Origin: Spirulina sp.
GTDB lineage: Bacteria; Cyanobacteriota; Cyanobacteriia; Phormidesmidales; Phormidesmidaceae
DNA length: 64,000 nt
Direction of reading: 5' to 3'
Assembly: GCA_044070495.1 (NCBI GenBank)
Contig: JBIPSI010000015.1
Span: 32,001 to 96,000 of the forward strand
The notes beneath the pieces were generated by a model. The model saw only the letters and a program-made list of their open reading frames with translations. It was not told the origin of the DNA and did no database searches. Of this stretch, positions 32,473 through 43,709 are shown in pieces. Made by a program: the position numbers and the translations under genes. Each line of letters begins with the position of its first letter. Position 1 is the first letter of the stretch.

Positions 32473-32736
32473 CTAGTCCATCGGAGTCACTTGCCGGAGA
32501 ACGGTATCGGGCAGCTTGTTGGGGGCCGGACTCACCTCAATCATCCGAATGCTGTACATCGGCAGCATCACCAGACGATCCTCCAGTTCCAGCGCCACCA
32601 TGTTGGATTCCATCATGGTTTTGACGCGGCTGGCCATTTGCAACATCGTCGTCTGCTGGCTGTTGAGGCCATAGGTTTGCACCGTGCCATCGTTGAAGGT
32701 GACGGTGATGTGGGCAATGGGGGTAGAATCGGTCAT
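32473..32736 (-). CDS. Hypothetical 87-aa protein
   Basis: Clean ORF with protein-like composition, convergent with the previous gene. Confidence 0.65.
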   Translation of the reverse strand: MTDSTPIAHITVTFNDGTVQTYGLNSQQTTMLQMASRVKTMMESNMVALELEDRLVMLPMYSIRMIEVSPAPNKLPDTVLRQVTPMD

Positions 32737-33016
32737 GGTTAGGAGCCTTCCGTAGAAAGAAAACGCGCAAGTACGGGAAATGGCTCAAGAATAGCGAGAA
32801 ATTGCGGCCTTGGCGACGCTTTGCCCGAAAAGTTCCCACCGCCTCTAGGGGGGTGGGCAGCATAGATAACCCTTCTCCGCTGGCCGCTATCCCGAAACTA
32901 TTTTTGGCCGCATACACTAGGGGCTAGATCCATCCTGTGGAGGCTGTCCCGATGATTACCGAATTTTCATGCTCGTTATCAGGAACAGGAAATTATTGTG
33001 GAAATAGAAACTGGGG

Positions 33017-34006
33017 TAAGTAGGTGACTCTAAATAAACGTAGTCTTCCTAGATCGTAAGGAACTTAGAGTTAGCTTGACGATTCGAGGCAAAACTAAAG
33101 CGTTTGAGCGTGTAGCCTGCCTGGGTTCCTCTACGGTTCAATCCACGAATCACACCCATCGCTAAGTCATAGGTATCCTCAAACATCGCACCTCGAATCT
33201 CATGGGCTTTGATCGGATGTACGTAGCACTGGTGAGGCTGCCGACGACTAAGCCATAGCTCATGTCTCGTCCCGGTTCCTAAAGCCCCAGAACACTCAGT
33301 CGTCGACTGCGCTTCGCCGCCTGCTCTTGGCACTTTTGGGTGCCCATTAACGACCAACTGTAGCTGACGGGACCCCAGCTATCAAAGCCCGATTCATCGA
33401 GGTACTTGAGCCGAATATAACCGTCTCGTGCCGCCTGGTGTAGGAGGTCTAAGTCAGCCTGTTTCCGGGCTCGCAGCACCAGGTCTTGGCGGCAGTGATG
33501 GCTGTGCCGGGTGCGTTTCCATCGATAGCTTTTTTTGAGTAAGCGTCTCAGGTGGCTTCGGCTGAGGCTGATGCCCTGAACCTCGGCCAGATGCTCCACC
33601 AGTTGACGACGATTAACAGTGCGCTCCTCTGTCAAGAGATGCTGCGCCAATGCGCTCATCACCGCTGGGGTACAGTGTGACGGACGACCTGGGCGACGAC
33701 TATCCCATAACCCATAGAGCCCCTCCCGCTGCCAACGATGAATCGCCCTGCGGGCCGTGGCGACTTGCCAGCCCAGATATTCAGCAATTTGGTCAGGGGT
33801 CCATCCCCGATGGCTTAACCTCAGCGCTTCAGCCCGGTCTTTGGTGCGTTGAGGCACGCCAGACGCCCCTCGCAACTCTTGCAGGGTGCGATCTTCCTCT
33901 ACACTCAGTTCCACTCGTAAGGGGGGCGTTGGCATCGCTGGAACAACCTCGATGGGGGCTCTTCAGCATACCTCCATCGCTACGTTTAATTCCGTCTACC
34001 TACTTA
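33017..34006 (-). mobile_element. IS630-family insertion sequence, degenerate
   Basis: Terminal inverted repeats TAAGTAGGT...TAAACGTAG at both ends, TA at each boundary, transposase remnant inside. Confidence 0.88.
33049..33935 (-). pseudogene. IS630 transposase pseudogene
   Basis: HTH region and YLDESGF present; in-frame TAG at 33279-33281; segment with the second D and the E of DDE missing near 33215; C-terminal remnant in another frame. Confidence 0.85.
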
Positions 34007-34312
34007 CTGGGACTCCAAAACGCTGTATGAGAGATTTCTTAGGTTGGGGACCTTGCTACGAGGCGAGCGTCTAGGATAATAATAAAGATAAGTTTATGAA
34101 AAGGTTAAGCCCTGGGCCTCAGGGCTAGTTTTAGGTTTCTGAATTGCCAATAAACTCACTGTTCTAGGCCGCATTGGAGCATGGATGTTCTCCAGATTTC
34201 ACCATAGAGTCCCATGGGCGTTTCCTAGAACTAGCCTTGATACCCTGAGGTATTAATAAAAACTAATACTAGGGAGCTAAACCTAAATTGTTGTTAGTTA
34301 ATTTTTTTGAAA

Positions 34313-35071
34313 ATGCCTAAATATCTCAGTCGCTTGGCCTCTAGCCAGGATTCAGAATCTATTGACTCACAAAGGGAAGGAATTGTCGAAAATGACTCTG
34401 AAGAAAATATGTTAAAGGGATCTCAGGACAGGGTGGCAATCCCTTCGCAATCACGAAGTTCCCTAGCTAAAGTCCTTTTTCTTCTCAGCCCAGCGTTTCT
34501 TGCCTTAGGCTTAGTAGCTACCTTACATTATTGGAAAGATATTCCGATACGATCCCTGACGGCGGATCCAGCCGCTATTGTAGGGCAATCTTTCCACTTG
34601 GGATTTCTATCTCAACTCGGTATTTTTCTGTGGTCAGCCATGGCTACAATTTGTTTTCTAACTGCCACGGTGTTAAAGATTCAGCCTGCATTCAGGTATT
34701 CCTATAAATTCTTTGTGTGGTCTGGCTGCTTGACACTGTGCCTAGGCCTGGATGATGTTTTTTTGCTTCACGAGGAGTTTTTCCCATTTTATTTGGGAAT
34801 TTCAGAGAAGTTAATCTATGCCTTATATGCTGGGTTCGTTACGGTTTATCTATGGCAATTTAAGCGGCTTATCCGGCGTACAGACTACACGTTTTTAGCG
34901 ATTGCATTTATCTGTTTTGCCCTGTCAATCGGCCTGGATATTCTAGAGTTGCCCTATATGAACCCCTACTTCTTTGAGGATGGGTTTAAGTTCCTTGGGT
35001 TGATGGCGTGGTTAGTTTACTTTTGGCAGACGGCCACTACTCTTCTGCGAAGTCACTACGCCCGACCCTAG
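34313..35071 (+). CDS. Hypothetical integral membrane protein
   Basis: About six to seven hydrophobic segments, LDDVFLLHE and EDGFK motifs; AT-richer than flanks. Confidence 0.7.
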   Translation: MPKYLSRLASSQDSESIDSQREGIVENDSEENMLKGSQDRVAIPSQSRSSLAKVLFLLSPAFLALGLVATLHYWKDIPIRSLTADPAAIVGQSFHLGFLSQLGIFLWSAMATICFLTATVLKIQPAFRYSYKFFVWSGCLTLCLGLDDVFLLHEEFFPFYLGISEKLIYALYAGFVTVYLWQFKRLIRRTDYTFLAIAFICFALSIGLDILELPYMNPYFFEDGFKFLGLMAWLVYFWQTATTLLRSHYARP

Positions 35072-35442
35072 AAGGCGGAGGGAGATAGCCTAAGCTAGGA
35101 CAGAAAGGCAGAAGTATGAAAGCGGAAGGCAAAAGGGGATCCTCTTTCTGCCGGGGCTGCGCTTTTCGAGAATAGGGGGCTATTTCTGCCGTTGAGTACT
35201 AGGCCCCCACAAGTCGCTAGCTTCTGCACTTGGCCCAATCTGGACTTACTATGGGCCAAACAAGGCTGTGACATTTCGATAAGGAGTCTTGCGAATTTAT
35301 CGATACAAACGACGGCATTTACACTAAACTTAGGCGGCAATGGGTCAGGGAATGGTTATGGTATGGGCAACTGTCCCCCATCTTGGCCGAAAGCGTGCTA
35401 ACTTTTAGTACACGTGTCTTATGTCCGAGGCACCCCTAGCGA

Positions 35443-38400
35443 ATGCACATTAAGCGCGTCGAGTTGTCCCACTTCAAGTCCTTTGGTGGCACAACCCAGG
35501 TTCCCCTATTGCCTGGGTTTACGGTCATCTCTGGGCCAAATGGGTCTGGCAAATCGAATATTTTGGATGCGCTGCTGTTTGGCCTAGGGCTAGCCAGTTC
35601 TAAGGGAATGCGGGCGGATCGGTTGCCGGATTTGGTCAACCAAGGCCAGATGAGTCGCCGCACTACCTCCGAGGCCAGCGTTACCGTCACCTTTGATCTG
35701 AGTGATGTGCCGCCGGAGTTCTTTTTAAAAGATGCGGCGGATTTAATGGAGGAAGCCCACCGCGCCGCCAGTGAGGCGGATGGCAATGGTGACGGTTCAG
35801 CGGCCAGCGGAGCCAACGGCCAGAACGGCAACGGCAAAAAAAACGGTAATGGTAACGGATCTACAGCGGATTCACGACTGGTACCCCTGGCCATCAATCA
35901 CGAGTGGAGCGTGACCCGGCGGCTGCGCGTCACCAGCCAAGGCACCTACACCTCGAACTACTACATCAACGGCGAACCCTGCACTCTCAACGACCTGCAC
36001 GAGCAGTTGCAGCGCTTCCACATCTATCCCGAAGGCTACAACGTGGTGCTCCAGGGGGATGTCACCAGCATCATTTCCATGAACTCGCGGGAGCGGCGGC
36101 AGATCATCGACGAACTGGCCGGGGTGGCTTCCTTTGACCGCAAAATTGATCAGGCTAGGGGCAAGCTGGATGCGGTGCGCGAACATGAAGACCGCTTTCG
36201 CATTGTGGAGCGCGAACTGCAAACCCAGCTAGAGCGACTGGCTCAGGATCGTCAGAAAGCCGAAAAGTACCAAAAACTGCGGGCCACCTTCCAGGACAAA
36301 AGCCAGTGGGAGGCGGTGCTGGTGTGGCGGCAGCAGCAGCGGCAGATTGATCAACTCCAGCAGGCCATCGCCAAGGGCGAAACCGAGGCGACAAACCTGG
36401 CCCAGGCCATCACCCAGGCGGATCAGGCCGTGGTGGCCCTAGAGGCGGAATTGGCCACCCTCAACGCCCGCATTCGCGCCATGGGGGAAGACGAACACCT
36501 GGCCCTACAGGCCAAGGTGGCCACCCACGAGGCCGAACTGCGCCAGTTGCAGCGCCAGGAACAGGAGACTCGCACTGCCGCCAACCAAGCCTCAGCCCAA
36601 TTGCGGGACACGGAAATTGCCCTACAACAGCACCAGCGCACCCTAGCCCAGCTTCAGCGGGAGATTGAGGAGCAGTCTACGCGGGAAATCGTCACCCTCA
36701 CTCAGTCCAGGGATCAGGTGCAGCAGACCCTAGAGGAACGGCGACAGGCCACCAATGAGATTGCTTCGGCCTCCCAGGCTTGGGTGCAGCAGCAAACGGA
36801 ACTGCGCCATGCCATCGAAACCCTGCAATCAGCCCTAGAACCCCAGCGGGCCGAGCAAATTCGCCTGCAAGAACGGCGGCACCAGCTAGAGCAGCAAATT
36901 CAGGTGCAGCAGGGGCAACTGACGGCTCTCCAGGCCGAGGATGTCCTCGGTGGTGGAACGGCCCCCGACCTCAGCCAGCAGCTAGAGCGGGCCAAGGCCG
37001 AAATTCAGGCCACCGCCGAGAAAATTTCCGCCGCCGAAGCGGAACTTGCGGTGCAGCGGGAAACCCAAACCCGTCTGCTCAAAGAACAACGGGACAAGCA
37101 GCGCCAACTGGACAAGCTAGAGGCCCAAACCCAGGCCATGCAGGAAAGCCAGGGCACCCAGGCTACCAAGCTACTGCTGGATAGCGGCATTAAGGGCATT
37201 GAGGGACTGGTGGCGCAACTGGGCAAGGTGGAACCCCGCTATCAGGTCGCCCTAGAGGTGGCGGCGGGGGCGCGGCTGGGTTATTTAGTGGTCGCCAATG
37301 ATAAGGTCGCGGCGCAGGGGATTGATTTCCTCAAGCAGCGGCGGGCTGGACGGGTGACGTTTTTGCCGTTGAACAAAATCCGTGCCCCAAAATTCACCCC
37401 CGTACCGGACTGGAAGCGTCCCGACGGCTTTTTGGACTATGCCGCTGACCTGATCGACTGTGACCCCCGCTACCGCGACATTTTCGCCTACACCTTCGGC
37501 AGCACCGTGGTGTTTGACCGTCTGGAGATGGCGCGGCAGCATTTGGGCGATTTTCGCATCGTTACCCTGGATGGCGAAGTGCTAGAAACCAGCGGCGCGA
37601 TGACCGGGGGCAGCCTCAACCAGCGCTCCGGTAGTCTGCATTTTGGCACCGTAGAACCCGCTGAATCCGAGGAAGCCCAGGCCCTCCGGCAGCGGCTCAG
37701 CGACATTGACGTACTGCTAGAACGGTGCGAACGCAACCTGCAAACCACCTCTACCACCCTGCAAACCCTCACCCAAAGCCTGATTACCCAGCGGCAGCAG
37801 TACCGGGAAATGCAGCTTCAGGGCGAACAGCAGCAGACCCAGCAGCAACAGCTTGCCCAACGCCGCAGCCAAATTCAAACCCAGCTTCAGCAGGCCCAGC
37901 AGGAGTTTGCCGCCGCCGAAACCCGTCTTCAAGAGATCGCTAGGGTGTTGCCGACCCAGGAATCCGAAATTGCCCAAAAACGGTCGGAATTAGAGGTCTT
38001 AGAGCAATCCCAGACCCACAGTGAATGGCAAACTGCCCAGGCCGCCGTGCGCCAGCTAGAGCAACAATTGGCCGAGCGCCAAGCGGCCCTACAACAGGCG
38101 GAACGACACATCCAAACCCGCCAAAACCAGCGCCAACAGCTAGAGATCACTATCCAGCAGGCCCAGCAGACCATCGTCACCATCCGCCAACAGCAGGGGG
38201 AACGGGAGCAAGCGCTGGCCCAAATCAAACAGCAGCAGGAGGGGCTGAACCAGGAAATCGCCCAACTGCGGCAGGCCATGGCGGTGCTGGACCAAACCCT
38301 CGCCGCCGAAAAGGCCAACCGTGACCAATTAGAAGCCCGCCTGAGAGACCAACGCACCCAAAAACAACAGCAGGAATGGCAGCGGCAAAAGTTGCTCGAA

Positions 38401-39165
38401 ACCCAGCAGGAGCGGCGACAACAACTCACCGAAGCCCAAACTCTGTGCCAGCTTCAGGCTCAAGAACTGCCCGACCCGCTGCCGGAAATCCCCCCCGACA
38501 CTGACCTAGAGGAACTGCGAAAGGAACTACGTTCTCTCCAGCGACGGATGGAAGCCCTGGAGCCTGTCAACATGCTGGCCCTGGAGGAATACAACCGCAC
38601 CGAAGAACGCCTCAACGACCTGAGCGACAAGCTCTCCACCCTAGAGGAAGAGCGCACCGAACTGCTGCTGCGAGTGGAAACCTTTACCACCCTGCGGCGC
38701 AAGGCGTTCCAGGAAGCCTACGATGCCGTGGACAAAAACTTCCAGACCATCTTTGCCGAACTCTCCGACGGCGATGGCCACCTGCAACTGGAGGATCCCG
38801 AAGACCCCTTCAACGGCGGCCTGAATCTGGTGGCCCACCCCAAGGGCAAACCCGTGCGACGGCTGGCCTCCATGTCTGGGGGAGAAAAATCCCTGACGGC
38901 CCTCAGCTTCATCTTCGCCCTCCAGCGCTATCGGCCCTCCCCCTTCTACGCCTTCGACGAGGTGGATATGTTCCTGGATGGGGCCAACGTGGAGCGGCTA
39001 TCCCGCATGATTAAGCACCAAGCCGAACAGGCCCAGTTCATTGTCGTGAGTCTGCGCCGCCCCATGATCGAAGCCTCCCAACGCACCATCGGCGTTACCC
39101 AGGCGCGAGGGGCTTACACCCAAGTGCTGGGCATTGACCTAGAAACCCAAAGTGCCGCGCCGTAG
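35443..39165 (+). CDS. smc: Chromosome segregation protein SMC
   Basis: GPNGSGKSN, VLQGD, coiled coils, hinge GRVTFLPL / GAMTGG, MSGGEKS, FDEVD. Confidence 0.98.
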   Translation: MHIKRVELSHFKSFGGTTQVPLLPGFTVISGPNGSGKSNILDALLFGLGLASSKGMRADRLPDLVNQGQMSRRTTSEASVTVTFDLSDVPPEFFLKDAADLMEEAHRAASEADGNGDGSAASGANGQNGNGKKNGNGNGSTADSRLVPLAINHEWSVTRRLRVTSQGTYTSNYYINGEPCTLNDLHEQLQRFHIYPEGYNVVLQGDVTSIISMNSRERRQIIDELAGVASFDRKIDQARGKLDAVREHEDRFRIVERELQTQLERLAQDRQKAEKYQKLRATFQDKSQWEAVLVWRQQQRQIDQLQQAIAKGETEATNLAQAITQADQAVVALEAELATLNARIRAMGEDEHLALQAKVATHEAELRQLQRQEQETRTAANQASAQLRDTEIALQQHQRTLAQLQREIEEQSTREIVTLTQSRDQVQQTLEERRQATNEIASASQAWVQQQTELRHAIETLQSALEPQRAEQIRLQERRHQLEQQIQVQQGQLTALQAEDVLGGGTAPDLSQQLERAKAEIQATAEKISAAEAELAVQRETQTRLLKEQRDKQRQLDKLEAQTQAMQESQGTQATKLLLDSGIKGIEGLVAQLGKVEPRYQVALEVAAGARLGYLVVANDKVAAQGIDFLKQRRAGRVTFLPLNKIRAPKFTPVPDWKRPDGFLDYAADLIDCDPRYRDIFAYTFGSTVVFDRLEMARQHLGDFRIVTLDGEVLETSGAMTGGSLNQRSGSLHFGTVEPAESEEAQALRQRLSDIDVLLERCERNLQTTSTTLQTLTQSLITQRQQYREMQLQGEQQQTQQQQLAQRRSQIQTQLQQAQQEFAAAETRLQEIARVLPTQESEIAQKRSELEVLEQSQTHSEWQTAQAAVRQLEQQLAERQAALQQAERHIQTRQNQRQQLEITIQQAQQTIVTIRQQQGEREQALAQIKQQQEGLNQEIAQLRQAMAVLDQTLAAEKANRDQLEARLRDQRTQKQQQEWQRQKLLETQQERRQQLTEAQTLCQLQAQELPDPLPEIPPDTDLEELRKELRSLQRRMEALEPVNMLALEEYNRTEERLNDLSDKLSTLEEERTELLLRVETFTTLRRKAFQEAYDAVDKNFQTIFAELSDGDGHLQLEDPEDPFNGGLNLVAHPKGKPVRRLASMSGGEKSLTALSFIFALQRYRPSPFYAFDEVDMFLDGANVERLSRMIKHQAEQAQFIVVSLRRPMIEASQRTIGVTQARGAYTQVLGIDLETQSAAP

Positions 39166-39205
39166 CGGTTTGCTCCGAACCCTCGGCCATGGGGAGGGAT
39201 CTCCC

Positions 39206-40261
39206 CTAGAACGCCATAACCTGAATGAGGGTGAGGCTGGTGAGGGCTAAAAACAGCCAGGACAGCCCCGCCAGCAGCAGCGGTTTGAGGCCCAGGTTCA
39301 CCAGCTTAGACAGGTAGGTTTCTAGACCCATGGCGGCGAGGGCCATACAGAGCAGGACTTGGTTGACCTGGGCCACGGCAGCCTTGAGGGCGGTGGGAAA
39401 AATCTGCAAACTATTCAGCAGTACCAATCCAGCAAAAAACAATACAAACCAGGGAATCGGTAGGGTTTTGGGTGAACCGCCATGGGCTTGAGATCCCCGC
39501 GCCTGCCAGCCTAGACCCAACAGAATCGGCACAATCAACAGCACGCGGGAGAGCTTGGCCACGGTGGCGATGTCGCCGCTGGCGGTGCTGTGCTGAAAGG
39601 CGGTGGCAATCACCTGGGCGACTTCGTGGATAGAAGCTCCGCACCAGAGGCCAAAGGTTTCGGGCGAAAGCTGTCCCAATCCTGCGATTAGGGGATAACT
39701 CACCATGGCCAGGGTGCCGAATCCGGTGATGGTGGCGATGGCGTAGGTCATGTCTTCTTCGGAACCATCCACCACGGCATTGGTGGCCACGATGGCCGAG
39801 GCCCCACAGATGGAGGTGCCCGCCGCAATCAGCCGCGTCAGTTTGGGGTTCACCTGCAACCGCTTGCCTAACCAGGTTGTGAGGTAAAAGGTGCTGACGG
39901 TGCTGGAGACAATAATCGTTAACCCCACAGGGCCAACGGCCAAAATTTCCGCCATGCTGAGCCGCAAGCCCAACAAAATTACCGCCAGCCGCAGAACGCG
40001 CTTCATCGCCAGTTGAATGCCGGGACGATAGACCCCAGGCAGGGGAACCAGTTGACGCACCGCAATCCCCAACAGCACCGCCACCAGCAAGGGGTTCAGC
40101 AGCTTGATCCCCGCACTATGGCTGAGGTGGCCAATTCCCAACGCCAGGGCCGCCAATAATCCCGTCAACCCCAGACCGGGAAGCCAAGCCTTCAATTGGG
40201 CTGTCCAGGAGAGAGAGGCCGAAGCCGGAGATGGAATATCCGTTTTTGCAGAAACTTTCAT
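39206..40261 (-). CDS. YeiH/UPF0324 family membrane protein (putative sulfate exporter)
   Basis: LRLAVILLG, GTSICGASA, GASIHEVAQV, KLSRV, PWF motifs. Confidence 0.92.
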   Translation of the reverse strand: MKVSAKTDIPSPASASLSWTAQLKAWLPGLGLTGLLAALALGIGHLSHSAGIKLLNPLLVAVLLGIAVRQLVPLPGVYRPGIQLAMKRVLRLAVILLGLRLSMAEILAVGPVGLTIIVSSTVSTFYLTTWLGKRLQVNPKLTRLIAAGTSICGASAIVATNAVVDGSEEDMTYAIATITGFGTLAMVSYPLIAGLGQLSPETFGLWCGASIHEVAQVIATAFQHSTASGDIATVAKLSRVLLIVPILLGLGWQARGSQAHGGSPKTLPIPWFVLFFAGLVLLNSLQIFPTALKAAVAQVNQVLLCMALAAMGLETYLSKLVNLGLKPLLLAGLSWLFLALTSLTLIQVMAF

Positions 40262-40285
40262 GGTTCAGTCCTTGAGGGGAAAGCA

Positions 40286-40568
40286 GTAGGGTGGGCACTG
40301 CCCACCATTGGGCTGGGATTGCTCTGGGATTCTGTATCGCCAGAGTGTAGGTTGATCGGCGCGAAGAGCAGTGGGGTGGGCAGTGCCCACCATTGGGCTG
40401 AGAGAGGTAGGTTGGGTGGCGCGAAGCAGAACCCAACACAATCGGCGCTTGAATTGGGGCACAAGTCCGGATTGAGGACTGGGTTTCGCGTCGTCTTTTA
40501 CTCAACCGATAAAGCTGGAGATAGCGTAGGCTCTGGGGTTGGGTTTCACTTCGTTTCACCCAACCTAC
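40286..40568. repeat. Composite cluster of REP-like palindromes
   Basis: Two GGTGGGCA.TGCCCACC units and a GTAGGTTGGGT...CCCAACCTAC pair. Confidence 0.75.
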
Positions 40569-40673
40569 GAATCTAGAACCTCGGTTTCTCAGCCATAAAG
40601 CCAGTCATCTCGACAGAGCAGCAACCCAGCAACCGGGGTTCTGTGTTGCGTTTCGTCTAAAGGACTTGTGGGC

Positions 40674-41402
40674 CTAAACCACAATAGCCAGCAGGGAAAA
40701 CACCAGCAGTAAGGCCATCACCATGCGGCGAAAGTGGGCTTCGTTGACGCGCTTAAAGCAGAACTGACCTAGCAGCAGCCCCATCGCAAAGACGGGAACA
40801 AAGCTCAGGAAAAGCTGCCATACGGCGATGGACAAAATGCCGCCGAGCCAAAAGGAAACCAGGGCTGTGGTCTGGGTGAAGGCAAAAAAGATAATGAAAT
40901 TGGCCCGATTCGCCGCCGCCGCATTGTTGCCCGACATGGAGTACAGCACAACGGGCGGGCCACCAATTCCGGCAAGGCCAGTCAGGAATCCGCTGACGGC
41001 TCCGACCAGAGAGGTCAAGGACACATGGGCGCGGTTGTAGTGGCTTTTGCCCGACCACAGCAGCAGCACAAAGCTGAGGATCAACCCGCCAATCAGCCGC
41101 CGCATTAGCACAGGCTCTAGCAGGGAGAGAAAGTGCGCCCCCACCGGAACCATGATCATGGCACTGAGCACTAGGGGCAACACCTCGCGCCACAGGGTTT
41201 TGGGAATAGCGGCGGGTACCAGCCCCGCTCCGGCAATCATCTCCAGCAAAAGCACCGTGGCCACCACCTGCTGGGGTGGAAAGAACAGGCTGAGGGCAGG
41301 GGCGAGGATCATGGCGGAGCCAAACCCGGAGAAGCCACGGGTAAATCCGGCAATGGCCACAATGCCCCAACTCACCAGCCAAACCCCGATGCCCATAATC
41401 AT
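40674..41402 (-). CDS. Sulfite exporter TauE/SafE family protein
   Basis: AGFTRGFSGFG, GFLTGLAGIGGPPVV motifs, about eight TMs. Confidence 0.9.
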   Translation of the reverse strand: MIMGIGVWLVSWGIVAIAGFTRGFSGFGSAMILAPALSLFFPPQQVVATVLLLEMIAGAGLVPAAIPKTLWREVLPLVLSAMIMVPVGAHFLSLLEPVLMRRLIGGLILSFVLLLWSGKSHYNRAHVSLTSLVGAVSGFLTGLAGIGGPPVVLYSMSGNNAAAANRANFIIFFAFTQTTALVSFWLGGILSIAVWQLFLSFVPVFAMGLLLGQFCFKRVNEAHFRRMVMALLLVFSLLAIVV

Positions 41403-41503
41403 CCTCTGCCAGACGGAACATTAGAAAAGGATCCCCACGGTATCAGCTTAGTAACAGGAGTGAGGTGGAGTAGGGATCCAAATACTTCAAAACCTAGGAG
41501 CTT

Positions 41504-41581
41504 GTAGGTTGGGTGGCGCGATAGCAGAACCCAACATAGGGGCTGCGGCTGTTGGGTTTCGCTTCGCTGCACCCAACCTAC
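41504..41581. repeat. GTAGGTTGGGT...ACCCAACCTAC REP-like palindrome
   Basis: Same family as 8160-8243. Confidence 0.8.
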
Positions 41582-41588
41582 GAGTGGG

Positions 41589-42695
41589 CTACAAGTTGGC
41601 CGTTGCCAAGGCTGGGGCTGGCTCCACCTTGGCCCCAAAGGTGGCGTTTAACCCCTGGGCAATGTTGCCGAAAATTTGGCTGAGGGGGGCATCGGGTTCA
41701 CAGAGGGGCAGGGGCACTCCGGCATCGCCCTGGGCGCAGACACGGGGGTCGATGGGCACCTGGCCCCAGAGGGGAACCGAGAGTTCCGCCGCCATTTGGG
41801 CACCGCCACCGCTGCCAAAGATGGGGGTAGGTTCGCCGCAGTGGCCGCAGAGGAGGTAGCTCATGTTTTCCACCAGGCCCAGCACGGGCACCCCCACCTG
41901 GCGGAACATATGGACGCTGCGCCGCACGTCGGAAATGGCCACCTGCTGGGGGGTCGTCACCATCACCACGCCGCAGATGGGGCTTTCTTGGACGATGGTA
42001 ATCTGGGCGTCGCCCGTGCCGGGGGGCAGGTCAATCAGCAGATAGTCCAACTCGCCCCACTCCACATCATGGAGAAACTGGGTGATGATTTTGTGCATCA
42101 CCGGGCCACGCCACGCCAAGGGATGATCCCGTTCCGCCAGCAGCCCCACGGACATGAGCTTGATGCCGTGGGCCTCTAGGGGTCGGAACCGCTGCCCGGT
42201 GGGGGTGTCGATCACCTGCACCTGGGATTGGCCCAGGCCGAGCATTTGGGGCACATTGGGGCCGTAGATGTCGGCATCCAATAAACCTACCTTGGCCCCG
42301 GTTTTGGCTAGGGCAGCGGCTAGGTTCACCGCCGTGGTGGATTTGCCCACACCCCCTTTGCCACTGGAAACCGCCAGGGTGGTGCGTACCCCCGGAATGG
42401 TGCAGAGTTCGGCGTAGGCTTTTTTGCACCAGGGCAGTTGCGCCAGGGTAGTTTGCACCTGGTCTTGCAGGGCCAACTGGTGCCGCCCCACATACAGCCG
42501 CAGATAGACGTAATCGCCCACCACCCGCAGGTTTCGCACCATGCCCAGGCTCACCAAGTCGGTGCCCAGGGTGGGTTCTTTGAGGGTTTTTAGCAGGGCC
42601 ACCACCTCGGATTTACGATTCAATTCCTCAGGGCTGGGGGGCGCTTCGGCGGGGGCAGCATCGGCCCGATGGAAGGGAGAGGTGTGGCTAGACAT
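41589..42695 (-). CDS. Mrp/NBP35 (ApbC) iron-sulfur cluster carrier
   Basis: N-terminal DUF59-like region, GKGGVGKS, DADIYGP, WRGP, DLPPGTGD, ENMS.LLCGHC; ATG overlaps the HEAT gene stop. Confidence 0.93.
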   Translation of the reverse strand: MSSHTSPFHRADAAPAEAPPSPEELNRKSEVVALLKTLKEPTLGTDLVSLGMVRNLRVVGDYVYLRLYVGRHQLALQDQVQTTLAQLPWCKKAYAELCTIPGVRTTLAVSSGKGGVGKSTTAVNLAAALAKTGAKVGLLDADIYGPNVPQMLGLGQSQVQVIDTPTGQRFRPLEAHGIKLMSVGLLAERDHPLAWRGPVMHKIITQFLHDVEWGELDYLLIDLPPGTGDAQITIVQESPICGVVMVTTPQQVAISDVRRSVHMFRQVGVPVLGLVENMSYLLCGHCGEPTPIFGSGGGAQMAAELSVPLWGQVPIDPRVCAQGDAGVPLPLCEPDAPLSQIFGNIAQGLNATFGAKVEPAPALATANL

Positions 42696-43665
42696 TGGAG
42701 GTCTCCGGCATAGACTTCTGGATGGTGTCGATGGCCCGCTGGGAGAAAATCCGCACGTCCATATCGGGATCGTGGAGGGTTTGGCTGAGGGCGGGCAGGG
42801 CATCGGGGTTGGAAAGCTTGCCTAGGGCGGTGGCCGCATCCCGGCGCACATCGGAGTAGTCGTCGGTGAGCGCTTTGATCAGGGCAGGCATGGCCCGTTC
42901 ATCCGCCACCTTTTGCAGAGCACGGGCGGTAAACTTCCGCACCTGCCATTCCGGGTCTTCCATCGCCTGCACCAGGGCGGGGATAGACTCAGCATTCGCC
43001 AGCAAGTCCAAGGACTGAGCCGCATTGCGCCGCACCTGCCAATCGCCATCGTTGGTCAGCAATTCACAGAGTAGAGGTACCACGCCCTCATCACTGAGGT
43101 GTCCCAGGGTGAGGGTCGTTGACCGTCGCACCGCCTCAGCGGGATCCTTCGCCAGGGCTAACGCAGGTTCGCAACGCACCACCTGGTTCAGGTAGCGCAG
43201 GGTGGTGACAGCGGCCTCCCGCAGGTCAGGATTTTCCGACTCGAAGAAGGGCAAAATGAAGGGCAACGCCTGGGCATCGTGGATTTTCCGCAGCAGCACC
43301 AGCACGTTCAGTTGGGCGTGAACGTTGCCCGTTTGCAGCAAATCCAGCAGCTTCATCAGGTCGTTGGTAGACACCAACTCCTTCAGGGCCGATAGCGCCT
43401 CATGGCGGACATTCTCATGGACCGAACCCAAACAATCCATCAGCGGATTAATCGCCACCGGATTAGCAAATTCCCACAGGCTGGTGATGGCAATTTCCTG
43501 CACCATGGGGCTTTCGTCGTACAGCGCCCCAATCAACGGTTCGATAGCATCTTCATCGCCCAGGTGTTGCAGGGTTTTTACCGCCACCAAACGCTCATCG
43601 AGTTCGGACGATTTCAACATTTCAACCCATTGGGCAACTTCGGGATCCATATCCGTGGAATACAT
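42688..43665 (-). CDS. HEAT-repeat (PBS-lyase-like) protein
   Basis: Repeated LxxALxDxxxxVRxxAAxAL units. Confidence 0.92.
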   Translation of the reverse strand: MYSTDMDPEVAQWVEMLKSSELDERLVAVKTLQHLGDEDAIEPLIGALYDESPMVQEIAITSLWEFANPVAINPLMDCLGSVHENVRHEALSALKELVSTNDLMKLLDLLQTGNVHAQLNVLVLLRKIHDAQALPFILPFFESENPDLREAAVTTLRYLNQVVRCEPALALAKDPAEAVRRSTTLTLGHLSDEGVVPLLCELLTNDGDWQVRRNAAQSLDLLANAESIPALVQAMEDPEWQVRKFTARALQKVADERAMPALIKALTDDYSDVRRDAATALGKLSNPDALPALSQTLHDPDMDVRIFSQRAIDTIQKSMPETSNV

Positions 43666-43709
43666 AAGGCAGGTGTCCTAAATGACGGCAAGGAAAAGGA
43701 GCAGAAAAG

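Noticed and set aside
35407..35420. LexA box upstream of smc (AGTACACGTGTCTT)
   Set aside because: Right half-site deviates at two conserved positions; too weak alone
35760..35875. Gly/Asn-rich insertion in the SMC head as an intein or novel domain
   Set aside because: Short low-complexity loop with no splicing motifs
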